Source: Chiloscyllium plagiosum (Eukaryota). Taken from it: a DNA stretch of 64,000 bases. Where the stretch lies: positions 73,390,365 to 73,454,364 of the forward strand of contig NC_057719.1 in assembly GCF_004010195.1 (NCBI RefSeq), written 5' to 3'. Below the pieces are notes generated by a model, which searched no databases, was not told the origin of the DNA, and was given only the letters and a program-made list of their open reading frames with translations. A program made the position numbers and the translations under genes. How positions within the stretch are numbered: position 1 is the first letter of the stretch; each line of letters opens with the position of its first letter. Positions 25,250 to 39,039 of this stretch are shown in pieces.

Positions 25250-26959
25250 GACAAGAGATGTTTGTCACTAAGATGTGAGTTACTCAATAAAAAGACTAAA
25301 GGTTTTCAAAGCTGCTTAAACTACAGCCTCCGAAGCTAATTCATTGGGCTCTATACATTTCTACATTATATTGAAAAGTGCTGTGCAACAAAAATTTATT
25401 TGTTCAGATCCTTAGCTTTGCATATCTTTGATGTTACTTTGTGTCTGATCCCCGTCAGCAAAGATAATCACTTTTCAAAACTTTGCAAATGTGATATTGA
25501 TCAGCATCAATGTTCCAGTAAATCAGCTGTCAATTCCCTTGGATTAGGCTCACAGCCACGATTTCCAGATGTTCAGATTTCAAGCAGCACCCAGGGAAAC
25601 CCTCATTTCCAACCCAATTAGTACCTTAGGCTGATGAAGAAATCTTCCTTGCCACAACTGCTATTACTATAACTCAAGACATCTTCATCTCTCTAATGAG
25701 AGTCTCCTTAATGGATAACTAATCTCGCATGTCTCATTCATTCTACATTAACTGTCAGACAACTTCCCCTGACCGTTCAAGGATATAGTCATCAAATTTA
25801 ATACTTTGCTTTTTGCCCATTGGTACCAGATTTTAGTTCCAGCAGTTGAATAATCCATTAATTTACAGCTCCACTTACCATGTAATACACACACTACACC
25901 CAATGCAAAAACACCTTTCTGAAATCCCTGATGGTGGCAATAAGAATATGTTTCTGTTAAGTTGATAACTCCATCCCACGCCACTTAAAAAATGACTCCA
26001 AAAAAAATGGCAGGTCAATGCAGATCACCAGATTTTAAGAAGTAACAGTACACCATTCAGTCCATTGACCCTGCTCTGCCATTCAGTTGGATAACAGCTG
26101 ATGTGATTGTGGCTTTAAGTCCCTTTTCCTTGACACCCTTTTGAATCAAACACTTGCCAAACTCAGACTTAACGATACTCACTCGATGACCCAACCTCCA
26201 TGGTTGTCTGTGTTCCAAACTTCTATCAGAGAAATAATTCCTCCTAAACTTTGTCATAAATATCTTTAAGCTCCGCCCCCTAATTCTTCTTGCAGAGGGC
26301 AGCAGGGTCATTCAAACAGTTCAAGCCAAAGGATTTGGAAAACATTAAGGCAGAAAATGCTGGAAACACTCTATCCTATGAGAGAGAGATATTAGTTAAC
26401 ATTTCAGGCTGATCACCATCTTGTCTCCACATGCCTAATTTGTCTGAGCATTTTCTATTTTGATTTAAGCGTTATCACATCTGCAGTGTGTTGCTGAAAT
26501 AATTCACAAAGGCACTGGTCCTTCAGTAGGCATAGCATTACAGGGGTCTGAATAATATTACAAAAACCCTGTCACTTGAAAATTAAGTGCTGTGAGCGCA
26601 TCCCCAGTTTTGTAAGTTATTCACCAGCTCTTACCCACTTAGACCAGACTTACAGCAAGAAAAAATAGATCAGCGCCAGCTTTCCAATGAGCTCTTATGT
26701 TTGAGCAATCAGGATATAAGTGCAACACAGCCAAAGGAAAATTGTCTACCTGTGTTTGTGGTGCATTTTCCACTGTGCAGAACCATTCTTTCTGACCATT
26801 TTGTTCTTCTGAAGTAATCACCTACAAACTGTTTAGTGAGACCTTTTCAAAGTTTCACTCCCCACATACAAACTGCAAGGAAATTTGTTCTGCACAGTTA
26901 CATAACCAGTGTTTGAAAAACAATGAACAATTGTTATTTTGTTCTCTTGTCTTTTTGAC

Positions 26960-27835
26960 TGTCATAGAGTCACAGAGTGATACAGCATGAAACCAGACCC
27001 TTCGGTTCAACCAGTCCATGCCGACCATGTTCCCAAACTAAACTCGTCCCACCTGCCTGTGCATGGCCCATGTATGTACCAAAATGTCTTTTAAATGTTG
27101 TTCCTGTACCTGCATCCATGACATCCTCTGGCAGTTCATTCCACACACTCTGTAAAAAAGTTACCCTTCATGTCCTTTTTAAAATGTTCTTCTCTCACCT
27201 TAAAAATAAGCCCCCTTGTTTTGAACAGATTCACCCTTGGGAAAAGAGCTTTGCTAGTCACCTTATCTGTGCCCCTCATGATTTTATAAACTCTAGAGGT
27301 CAGCCCTCAACCTCCTATGCTTCAGTGAAAAACGTCCTATCCTGTCCAGACTATTTTTATGACTCAAACCCTCCGCTCCCGGCAACATCCTCGTAATTTT
27401 TTTCTGAACCCTCTTCAATTTAATAATATCCTTCCTACAGCAGGGTGACCAGAACAGTACTCCAAAAGAGGCCTCACCAATGTCCCATACAACCTGAACA
27501 TGTTATCCCAACTCCTGTACTCAAAGGTGTGAGCATTGAAGACAACGTCTTCTTAGTAACCCTATCTATCTATGATGCAAACTTTAAAGAGTTATATACC
27601 TGAACCCCTAGGTCTCTGTGTTCTACAACACTACCCAAGGCTCTACCATTAAAATTATAAGTCCTCCCCTTGTTTGTTTTACCAAAATGCAATACCTTAC
27701 ATTTATCCAAATAAACTATATCTGCCACTCCTCAGCCAATTGATGAAGAACTCTTTATAATCTTAGATTGACCACTCCACCTCCAATTTTGGTGTCATCT
27801 GCAAACTTACTAACCATACATCCCATATTCTCATC
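26960..27835 (-). mobile_element. CR1 LINE 3' ~870 bp
   Basis: GTCATAGAGTCACAGAG tail through the reverse complement of FADDTKIGG (CCAATTTTGGTGTCATCTGCAAAC). Confidence 0.88.
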
Positions 27836-29971
27836 TATATAAGTGCATAAATATTGTATTAACCATGACAGATTTGAGTTAGTGGAAGAAGGAGTGAATT
27901 TTGAAGGTGGTGAATGTAGTGCCAATTAAGTGGGAATGCTTTGTCCTGGATGTTGACAAGCTTCTTGAGCATTGTTGGAATCACACCCATCCAGGCAAGT
28001 GGGGAGTATTCCATCACACCCCTTACTTGTGCATTGTCTTTGGTGGACAGGCTTTGAGAAGCTCGACTTAACATACTGTTCCACCCAATTTTCCCCCGTG
28101 TTCCCCATTACAAAGTACAATTCTATGGCTAGCCGCTCATCCTCTTCAAAATTCACACAGCTGGTCACTTTTCATGTGAGCTTGGGCAGTGACCTTGAGT
28201 GGGAAGATTGAACTTTGTCCAATTCAAACCTTGCCCACAATGCCCATGTGCAAGCCATTTTTGAGACATTTAAACGTAGAAAGTATGAGCTGCACCCCAA
28301 CTAACCAAAAAGTCAAGAGACCAGCTACTATTCTCACCTGCTGGGAATACAGATAGGTTGTGAGTTGAGGTGCTTAAGTGGCTATTAATTGACCAATCAA
28401 GGACTTTAATTGCTGGCAAGTTACAAAAGCCCCCAGTGGTTACAACGGATGGTTTGCTGTGGGGAAAAGGCCTTTCATTTGTGTGATAACTCATCCAGAT
28501 ATGAGAAAAAAGCTTTAGTGGACTTAAACGCTCAGCACTGAATTGCTAAGGAGGCAAGAAAGGGATGAGTCACTCTCGAATGAGCAACTTGCCCAGTTTA
28601 TTAGCCTTTCTCTCCACCTCCATGGAGAGGGAAACTTCCTCCAAATATGGATCAGGGCAGTGCCAACTCCCTTATCATCAGCATAACCCAGTTCTTTATG
28701 TAATTCTTCCTGCTTTGCATAGCAAGGCCATTGAAAATGAGGACTGGTGTTAGCACTGTGATAGAATAAGTGGGGAATAAACCACACAGGGTGAAGTATC
28801 ACTTCTGTATGGGACCAATCATCAACAATTAATTGCACTGGGAAATTTTACGACAAAATACCGTTCCAAATCTGCACTTCTATGATTGTTAAAAGCAGTA
28901 TACTTCTTCCACTGGTCACATCCCTTCACTACTTTCATTAAGCACACTTTGGGGAGGTATAGTAATCTGTGACTGTTGAAACCATGGCAAGCTTGGTGAA
29001 TTGTTTAACATGACTGAATATTGACTGAAACTTTAAACTGAATCCACATATTTACAAAGGAATCCTGTTCATTGGTAGATAACCCCACCTACTGGCTAAC
29101 CACAATCAGTTCTGCCTGTATTTGAAAATTGTTCCTCAGACTGTAACGTTAAGTAATGTATCCAGTTACCAAAACAATCTGCAATTTCTACCTTGTCCTT
29201 GGAGTCATAGAGTCATACAGCACAGAAATGGACTAACACTTGGACTGGGAATTGATGCTCTTTAGACAGGTATACCTCTATGGTAACTCCTATTGATTGA
29301 AAGACTTCCATTTGCAAAGCGTCATTCACCACCTGAGGCTGTGCCAACACCCTTACAGTCAGTGAAGTACTTGTGATGTGTAATTGTAGATTTCTTACAC
29401 TATACTGGAGCAAACTTTTACTGAAACTGTTTGAATATAGATTACAAACTCTGGAAAAGACTAATAATGTTTAAATAACTTTTAAGATATCTAGGTGGCA
29501 TGGACTAGTTGGACCAAACAGTCTGTTTCCATCTCTGTGACTATGACTCTGTGACTAAATTGCTAAGGTGGCAAGAAGAGAGTGAATCTCTCTCCAATGA
29601 GCAAGTTGCCCAATTTATTAGCCTTTCCCTCCAGTCAAATTTCCACTTATTCTCCGGCATGATGACGCATCAAAATTTCAGGTTTAAAAAAATGTTTATC
29701 AATGACCAAACATAAAACACTATTCATGAAACACTATTTCCTTTTTGTAAAAGTAATTTATACTTTCACCCACTGAACAGAGTTTATCCTTTTCTACTTT
29801 TCACTGACAACTGAGAACCCCTTTTTTAAAAATGTTACATGGACTCTGAAGCAGACATCAATGTCCTGAAACCAAGCCCAAGAGAATTCATAGTTCCACA
29901 ATTGTTTAGTTCTTTCTTTTCTATGTCCTAATACTACCTTCCATTGAGAGCTTTCCTAGGGATTCTTGCTG

Positions 29972-30174
29972 TAGTGAGCAAAATTAGGACGCATGGTATT
30001 GGGGGCAAAGTACTCACTTGGATTGAAAATTGGCTGGCTGACAGGAAACAAAGAGTAGTGATAAACGGCTCCATTTCGGAATGGCAGGTGGTGACCAGTG
30101 GGTCAGTGTGGACTTGTTGGGCCAAAGGGCCTGTTTCCACACTGTAAGTAATCTAATCTAATCTAATCTAATCT
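29972..30174 (+). mobile_element. Chimeric CR1 RT fragment fused to HE1/HER1-type tail
   Basis: VSKIRTHGIGGKVLTWIENWLADRKQRVVINGSISEWQVVTSG joined at about 30100 to GGGTCAGTGTGGACTTGTTGGGCC...(CTAAT)n. Confidence 0.8.
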
Positions 30175-30894
30175 TATCAGCCTGAATTAAAAGTTTCCTG
30201 TATTTAATATGATATATGCATAAACATATACATAAATATCGCAAATGATCAATGTCAGAGTGCACAGGTTGTAAACAATTTGACGGGTAGTAACAGATCT
30301 CAGAGCACGGATGAAATAGGCAGTTACATGTCAGATGAAATTTAATGAAGAAAATCGTGTGTTTTTGTAAGAAAAATGAGATACAACATCAAAGAAATGA
30401 CACAATATTTAAGTAGGGAATGGGATGTAGAAACCAAGGGAACTGGGGATGTGTTCACACAACTCTTAGAAGGTGGCAGTGTCAAATTAATAAAGAAGCA
30501 TGTGGAATCCCTGGCTTTATTTCAAAGAGAACCATTACAACATCAAGGAAATTAGATATTTTCTTTCTCAAGTGCTGATTAAGCCTCTGTTGGAGTATTG
30601 TGCTCAATTTTGGGCACTGTAGGTAGGATATTAAAACCACTGCATTAAATTCTGGGCACAATGTTTCCTGTAAGAACTTAATGTGTATCTGTGTATTATC
30701 TTTTCGCTTTATGTGAGTTCTTTGCTTAAGGGATTTATATTTTTCTCTCAGGTGACCAGTAATTTCTCGAAACCCTTCATTTTGTATCTTTGCCTTTTTA
30801 ATACAGTCTACATGGTCATCCCAAATGTGACCAAATTGTCCAGCAATTCAATAAAACATAAAATATTGCCAATGGTTTTATGAGTCAACTTTTT

Positions 30895-32190
30895 GAAAGA
30901 TCATTCGTGGGATGTGTATAATACCAGTTGGGCCAGTAATGATGCCCATCCCAACAGCCCTTGTAAAAGTGATGATAAATCATCCTTTTGAACTGCAGCA
31001 GTCCATGCAACATTGGTCCACCCACAGTGTTATTAGGAAGGATGTTCCAGGATTTTGACCCTGGAACAGTGATATAGTTTCAATTTGGAACAGTGTTTTA
31101 CTCACGTGGAAATCAGGAGGCGGTGGTATTCCCATGCATCTGATGCCCTTTTCAATCTTAGTAATAAAGCTTGTGGTTAGGGAGTTGCCAACGAAGCCTT
31201 AGTCCATCTTTTGGTTAGCACATGGTGGAGGAAGTAAATGTTTAAGGTGGTGGATGGGGTTCTCCTCAAGTGACCTGCTTTGTCCTGGATGGTTGCCAAG
31301 CTCCTTGAAAGTTAACAGAACTGGACCTATTCAGTGCAGTGTAGAGTATTCTATCATGTTTCTGACTAGTGTCTTGTAGGTGGCACACAAGCTTCGTGGC
31401 TTCAGGATGTACATTGTTCACTCAGAATTCCAAACTTTTGTCCTGTCCTTCTGGTTATAAGACTACAGTATTTATATAGCTGGTCTGGTTAAGCTTCTGG
31501 TCATTGGTAACCTCCCAGAGTGTTGATGGTACAGGACTCAACACTGGTAAGGGCAGCACGGTGGCTCAGAGATTAGCACTGCTGCCTAACAGCGCCAGGG
31601 ACCCAGGTTTGATTCAAACCTCGGGCGACTGTTTGAGTGGAGTTTGCACATTCTCCCCGTCTCTAAGTGGGTTTCCTCTGGGTGCTCCGGTTTCCTTCCA
31701 CAATCCAAAGATGTGGAGGTTAGGTGAATTGGCCATGCTAAATTGTCCATGGTGTTCAGGGATGTGTAAATTAGGTGCATTAGTCAGGGGTAAACATAGA
31801 GTAATAGGGTAAAGGGATGGGTCTGGGTTGGTTACTCTTCGGAGAGTCAGTGTGGACTTGTTGGGCTAAATGGCCTGTTTCCACACAGTAGGAATTCTCT
31901 GATCCTATGGTGTTGAATGTCAAGGGGAAATTGTTGGATTTTATCTTGTGGAAATGGTCATTGTTTGGTACTTGTGGGCACAAACCTGAATGTGGCACAA
32001 ATATTGCTGCATGAGGACACAAATGCTTCAGTATCTGAGGGCTAGAAAATGGTGATGAACATTGTGCACTAATCCATGAATATCCCCACTTTTGAATGGA
32101 GAGATCATTGATGAAATATCTGAAATAGTTGGACTTTGTGGAGTGCCCTGAGGAACGCTTGTGACGATGCACTGGAGTTTAGGTGATTGT
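30895..32190 (-). mobile_element. CR1-group LINE 3' portion (same family as 1375 and 39040) with nested HE1 SINE
   Basis: Tail TCATTCGTGGGATGTG...GCCCATCCC; YFINDL RT motif on minus. Confidence 0.75.
31551..31905 (+). mobile_element. HE1-type SINE
   Basis: GGGCAGCACGGTGGCTCAG head, V-domain, GGCCTGTTTCCACAC tail. Confidence 0.92.
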
Positions 32191-34667
32191 GGCATAGAAT
32201 GCTAGTCTTATTCAGAAAAACTCAAACACACATACAAAACACTGTTCGAAAAAAAATCTTTCACTTTTATTTCTGTTTTGCAGATTTGTTGTTTAGTCAA
32301 TAAGTGGATATGTTTTATCATGTTTCAATCTCTTTCTTACACCTGGCCTCTGTTCCAACTCAGTTCAGAGGAGTGCACTGTCCCTCTAAATTTCCATAAC
32401 TCTACTGATTACAACATATTAGTAACTGGGTAAAATATTGAAATATGTGACCAATTACACATCTCAGACAAATTGAATAAATTTTACTGTCCTCCTCTGC
32501 TATCCATAACAGAGATGCTACTCAATTTTATTTTTCCTTTTAAATCCTTAGCCTAAAACTATAACCTCTTGCCTGAAAGGATCACCAGTTGAAACATGAG
32601 GAAACCCATGCTAATTCAGTTTCCCCTTGGTGCTTTCTCTGTTTCTTCTGGCCATGGAGAAAGAGAATTGACATAATCTTATTCAGTCTCAGAATCAAAC
32701 TCATTTGTGCTCCATATTGCGGGACTTGACATCAGGATGTTAGCTATTTCATTTCTAATGAAGCTCACTGGAGCTCAAGGATCAGCACCTCATCGAAGGA
32801 TCCTTGAGGGCTCAACATTCCACAATTTCTGATTGTAGTCACTGGAAACATTTACTTTGCAGCCAGAAATTTTCAATAATGATTGTACATTATCTGGTAA
32901 TTTAGGCTTTCCCTGGATTCGCCTTTTGCTTCATAATTTGTTCCATTGCCACCCTTCTCGCAAGAGTGCCGTGGGCCCGGACACTGTGATTATCAATTAC
33001 CTGACAGATCCGGTCAATGCTGATGTGTAGCTAGAAAGAGAAAAGTCAAATAGAACTGGCCGAAGCCACAGAGAGGAACTAAGATTTACGTTTCCACAGT
33101 AAACAATGTCCATATGTCAGCTTGGCTTCGGTTATTGATTAGAAATATCTACCTCCAGCATTTTACTCCAGGGATATTTGACTTACAGCTTATAAAGTTC
33201 CAGGTGAACACTGGAGATGTTCTTTTACTATAAATGAGTCGAATATGAATGACTCGGCTGAAATGGTGTGCATAGGGATTCTGCAAAACAAATCATTCAA
33301 TCGTGCCCTTAGTATACCCTTTACGGCAGTTTCAGCATTTGAGTTAATGCTTTGAATTTGGGTCTCCACGTGTATTTACTGGATATTGCTCTAGTTTTCC
33401 CAGAAATCAACTTGCATGCAAAGACCTAAAGCATGAGGACCTTGTCCTCATGTACCTGAAAAATGTTTGGCTGGAGAACACATGGTACAGATATTTCAAC
33501 TCATTTCATTCACAATTACATGTCACAACAGTCCCTTTTATATTGCGCCTGTGAAACAAATCACAAATGGGTGTCTTGTTAAATACAACACATTCCTTGT
33601 AACGCCTACATTTTTATACGGTACGTTTTTCATGCATTCCCACAACTTCCAAAGTTTAGCAAGTGGATTAATTAATTGAAGGCACCATTAGACCTGTGAG
33701 GAATTTCCTAACAGCACTGTGGGTGCACCAACATCACATGAACTGCAGGGGTTCAGGAAGGCAGCTCACTACCATCTTCTGATGGACAACTGGGGACAAA
33801 AGCTGCCAGCCTAGCCAGCCATGTCCATATGCTGCGAATGAACAAATGTGTTTTAAAAATCCAGTCCAAAGCGGAAATACGGAGGCAATGGAAATGCTTC
33901 AAATGAAGAGATAAAAGCTGATTTCATCTTTAGGTCAATTAGTAGATCAAGAAAGGTTTAGAGAATTAAGACTCTTCCTTGCATCATGCCCTTGACTTCC
34001 TGGGCAGTCAAAATTATTTTAAAAATAACTTCCACTGAGAATTCACTGGACCTCATTGGTTTATTTTATTTAGCTATTTAAGGAATGATGATCTGAATTT
34101 TTGGAAGGATGAGTTATTTGAGGAAGGTAAGATATTAGGGAGCATTTAGACTTTTGGACAATCAGTAGCAGGGCCATGTGACCGGTTGCTTGAACCAATG
34201 GTGAACAGACTACCAAGACCTTAAGGCCTCAAATACATTTATACGAAGCCTGTGAGCTGCAGAATATTAACACCCTGGGGAATATTGATTTGCCATTAAG
34301 GAAAATGGTGGTAATTGAGGTAAAAATGTGTCAGCGACTGCAGGAGAGTCAGTAACCCAGGTAATTTATGTGGGACCCAAGGAACATGCCTAATTCTCAA
34401 GAACAACAGCTACCATCCCCCCAAAATATCAAACATATTGTTTAGGCACTAAGCAGCTCCATTCAGTCCATGGGAATGGTTGGAATTGAGTGGCGCATAC
34501 GTCAATCAAACTGAAGTGATAGTCAGGGTTCAAGGACACTGGTTTACATATCAAGACAAGCTCAAACCCATGATCAAGTCAGGCACTTTGGTTACCAGTG
34601 ATGGATCACTTTTAAAATGGAATTGACACTATTTTAAGGCCAATTTTACCTAGTGAACCCTTGGCAG

Positions 34668-34892
34668 TGAAATAATTCCACAGATGATGGTATCCCATCA
34701 CCAAGTCACCCTTTAGTTGCACATGGAGAGTCTTTGACATTGGTCCGGCTTTCTCAGAGTCGGCTCTCAGAGTGAAAGAATGTCTGACACTCCTGTTTAT
34801 ATCTGTCAGCCAGGGCTCCCTGATTGGGGCTGTTAATCTGGGAACTAATATCCTACGATGCCTAGCTTGCTGACCCCATTACAATCACTACA
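34668..34892 (-). mobile_element. Solo LTR with perfect 5-bp TSD
   Basis: TG...CA termini; GGCAG at 34663-67 and 34893-97; 225 bp. Confidence 0.85.
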
Positions 34893-36823
34893 GGCAGCAC
34901 ATATAGAACCCTATCCCATTCTGTAGAAAGCCAAGTGTACAAAATGTGGATTTCCCTACCCAGTCCATTGGTATTGGTCAGCTGCTGAAGTTACCTGACT
35001 ATCTTTTGTTTAAAAAGTCAATTCCATTTGCTCTGATTCTAGCATTTTGATGGAAGTTCCCTGGATGTTAATCATTGAACCATCTTGTGTACTGAAAGAG
35101 GATTTCAATGTCTTATACATCCAGTGATGGGAGGAGCATAAATGGGAATTTTAACATGAGCAAGGACATGACTTAAGGTATAGTTGGGGAAAGGGTTAAG
35201 TCCTAGAGTAGGAAGCTGTCTAAGTCACTATATCCATTTATCATTTCAGTGTGTTATGGCCTACTCATGGAGGGAGCAATGGACTGTTGTTAATCATGGG
35301 GAGTCAAAATCTGTTTTGCTGAGTTCAAAAATACTATTGTCGTATTCCATCTACTAATTCAGCCATGTGACATCTCTCTGAAAGTTCTTCGACTGTGTGA
35401 TTCTACTGGAGCCTATGCTCCTTGTAGGTGCAACATTGCTGCTGCTGTAGCCAGTGTCTTTTCCTTAGCAAAGTGTCCTTTGTGTAAAAGTTCAAGACAT
35501 ATTTATATGGTCCGCATATTGTTTTCACAAATAGTGTTTAGATCACACCTTTTAATAACACATGGCATCCTCAGCCGAGCACAATGCCAACCTCTCATGC
35601 TGCTCAATGCATTACACGTCTATCACTCACACAGCAACAATCTGCATTAACCATATTCACTGAACCTGCCTTTGCTGCTTTGTGCAGGAAGAATTCCACA
35701 GACTGATAACCCCCCCGCGAGAAAAATATTCTCCTTATCTTAGTCGTAAGTGGAAGAGCTAATGAATGCAATACCTTCGTTAAAGTAATTGCTTCAGATA
35801 TTTATTTCCCATCCTGTATAAACGCTGTCTTTTTCAAACAATTTGATGGAGGTCAGATAATGTGGGTGGCTGTACATCCCAAAGGAATTTAACGCTGCGC
35901 TGCAATTTGTCATTGGCACATTTCCATAGACTTTTGATAAATGCCACCTCCTACTCACTTAGACTTTCTAATCATTTCAGACTTAGTATTATGGCTGGAT
36001 TTTCATCACTGGAAAATAGTGCTTGAAAAGTTTAGTTGCAATCAGTGTTACCATTGATATTTTTATCATGATGGTAGGCTGCACATGCTAAAACAAGAAG
36101 ACTCTTCCCTATCTGGTGGTGGACCATGTTAACATAGAAATGGATAAAGAGATTTGGAGGTACTGGTTTGGATTCAATGGCATTAAAATTGGTTGGAAAT
36201 GGCTTGACGTTGTGTAGCAACCTACTTGTTTGACTGATAGGTCATTAAGACTTATATAAAACCAAATAATGAATACCTAATATTGTGACCCATTCTACCT
36301 TTGACACCCTTTTTTTTGTAATAACGTACCATGAGTAGAATAAAGACTAACCCCACACCCAATTACAGGACAATCTCAGAAGACCACTCCTTGCTGTCGA
36401 ATGTGAACAGAAACATCCTTGGAATATGATATTGATCTAAGTAGATGGATACTGTATCTATCCATCTTGTGTACTTGCCCTTCTCATGATTCCTTCAACC
36501 AATGCCTTGCCAAAAATTCTGCCTTACTTTCTTGACATTGCAAAAGGTCAGACTGTGGAGTTTTCTGTCACTGTTGCCAAGCCCGCATTTAGGTTTAAAA
36601 GGGAATGTGAGAACTGTTTGGAAAGTGCAATACTAAAGGGCACTATGAACAAGCAAGTTGTGAGATTAAATCAAGTGGTTCATTTCGGGAAAAATATCAG
36701 AACAGACTTAATGGGTCAAACAACCTGTTTCTTTGCTCCATCCCTCTATTTGGTGTGAAATTCGTCAACATTGGTCTGATTTTCTTTTCCACAGACTACT
36801 GGAAGAGGTTGGTGTGAGGTGGT

Positions 36824-37157
36824 GGTGTAGCATGGTGTCTCAGTGGTCAGCACTGCTGCCTCGCAGCACCAGGGACCTGGATTTGATTCCAGCCTCGGAC
36901 AACTGTATGTGTGGATGTATTCTCCCCTGTCTGCATGGGCTTCCTCCAGGTGCTCCAGTTTCCTCCCACAATCTAAAGATGCGCAGGTTAGGTGAATTGG
37001 CCATGCTAAATTGCCCATAGTGTTCAGTGATGTGTAGGTTAGGTGCAAAATGTAGAGTATTATGGTAGGGGAATGAGTCTGGGTGGGTTACTTTTCGGAG
37101 GGTTGGTGTGGCCTTTTGGGCCAAATAACCTGTTTCCACACTGTAGGGATTGTATGA
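36824..37157 (+). mobile_element. HE1-type SINE
   Basis: Head, V-domain and CCTGTTTCCACACTGTAGGGAT tail. Confidence 0.9.
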
Positions 37158-38589
37158 CAAAAATAAATCAAACATAATGTAAACCGGGCCAACAATTGCT
37201 CTTGGCCAACTTTGGTTTTAGAATGTTGACCAGTTTCACCCACTAAGATTTGGGGAAAATGCCAACAATCTTTAAATGCACACCAGCCAACTTTCCTGCC
37301 AGTCCCACAAACTGCCCAGTTTAAGAAAATGGATAGTAGCAAGATATCTCATCTATAGCTAGGGGGCGATAGATTCACATGGAAGATGAGCAGAGATTGG
37401 CAGACCTGGTCCACACTTGGGACATGATACTGGTGTATGACTCCTCCACAACCTCTCCCCTCACCTGAGATGTGGTGACCCTCAGGGTCCAGTAACTCTC
37501 TCTACTGAGAATACAGTCCAGTATTTACCTTTAATGGTATATGGTGCTAATAATAAGAGAAGTTACCCTCTTGCATTGAATTACGTTTTCCTTCTTAGAG
37601 CAACTAGGGATGGACAACAAACGTCAGCCTTGTCAGGACACCCCCATTGACAATGCATTTAATTTAAATTACATGTGTCTTTCTTTGGTATAATTGCTTT
37701 GGTTCAAATATGATCTGTATGACTGCCTCAAACATACACCTACGCATCTTTCTACTATTCAAAATTAATTGCTTTGGAAAAGGAAGCATTTCAAAACAAC
37801 AAGCAGTACCAAGCATCATCACACCAGGATAAAAAGTGAATCAGGGAAGTGGCATGAGTGTTATTTAACTGCTGGCAGGAATCACTAATTGTTATATAAG
37901 AAGCGGCGTTAAGAATAATATTGGTTACTGATGCATTTGCACAGCGCACCTTTTTTCTGTGTCATCGTTAAAAAATGTTCCTCATACCAACTAATATCAA
38001 CAGCCTTTTGTAAATAGCACTAACCAGGTGAACAGCCTTTCCTCTTTGTCTTTTATTTTATTCACAATATTCAGTGATAATTTTAGTTTTCCCCTCACGT
38101 TAGTGACATCAAAAATCACTGCAGTGCCCAGGTGATAAATACTGACTTTGCCAAAGACACCCAGATCCTGGGGATAATCTAAATAAAGAAAAAAAAATGT
38201 TTTAGGATTAATCCAAACTGGACAATCCGATTCACTTGTCCCTGGACAAAGAACAGCAACTATAAATATGATATTTAAAAATACAAAGTGAGCGCTAAAC
38301 TTTGGATCAAGTCATTTTTCAATTTTAATATTTTCTGGATTATAAAATGATGATAGAATGCCTAACCACCAATATGTGAATTGGAAAACACTACAGATAT
38401 AAATATTGTCACAAAACAGAAAATATTATAAAGCAATAACAAAAATTGTTTTACTTATTCCAACACTATTTTCCACTTTTCCATTTCCAAAGGTCTGCAC
38501 TCAATTAACGCTATTAGCTATTTGAGTCAGCTCAAAACATTTCTGGACAACTGGTGTATCCAAACAACAGGTTTCCAGACTGGAGAATT

Positions 38590-39030
38590 TACAGTGAAAT
38601 GATATAATGGCAAGCTCTTTCACCCTTGCAATGTGATCTCTTTCAAATTCGCAAAGTTCTGATAGGGGGTTGCCAGAGTAGATGCAGGAACGATGCTTCC
38701 CCTGGCTCAGGGGGTCTAGAACCAGTGGGAGGTAGTTCCAGAATAAAGGGCAGGCCATTTAGCACTGAGGTGAGGAGGGATTGTACAACCTTTCCAATGT
38801 TGCATCGGCATAGTCCGAGTCCAGTGGCCCACCCAACCAGAAAGAAAGTTCAGATGAAACACTGCTTAGCGGGTGGTGAATCTTTGGAACTCTCTCATCC
38901 AGCAGCTGTAAAGGGCCAGCCACTGTGTATGTTTAAGACCGAGATTAATCACTTTTTGCATATTTATAAACATCAAAGGATAGTACAGAAACTAAAAGAT
39001 CATCCATGAGTGGTGGAATGGGCTCAAAAC
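38590..39030 (+). mobile_element. CR1 LINE 3' fragment
   Basis: SRIKGRPFSTEVRR and MFKTEINHFL motifs. Confidence 0.65.
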
Positions 39031-39039
39031 GCTGAATGA

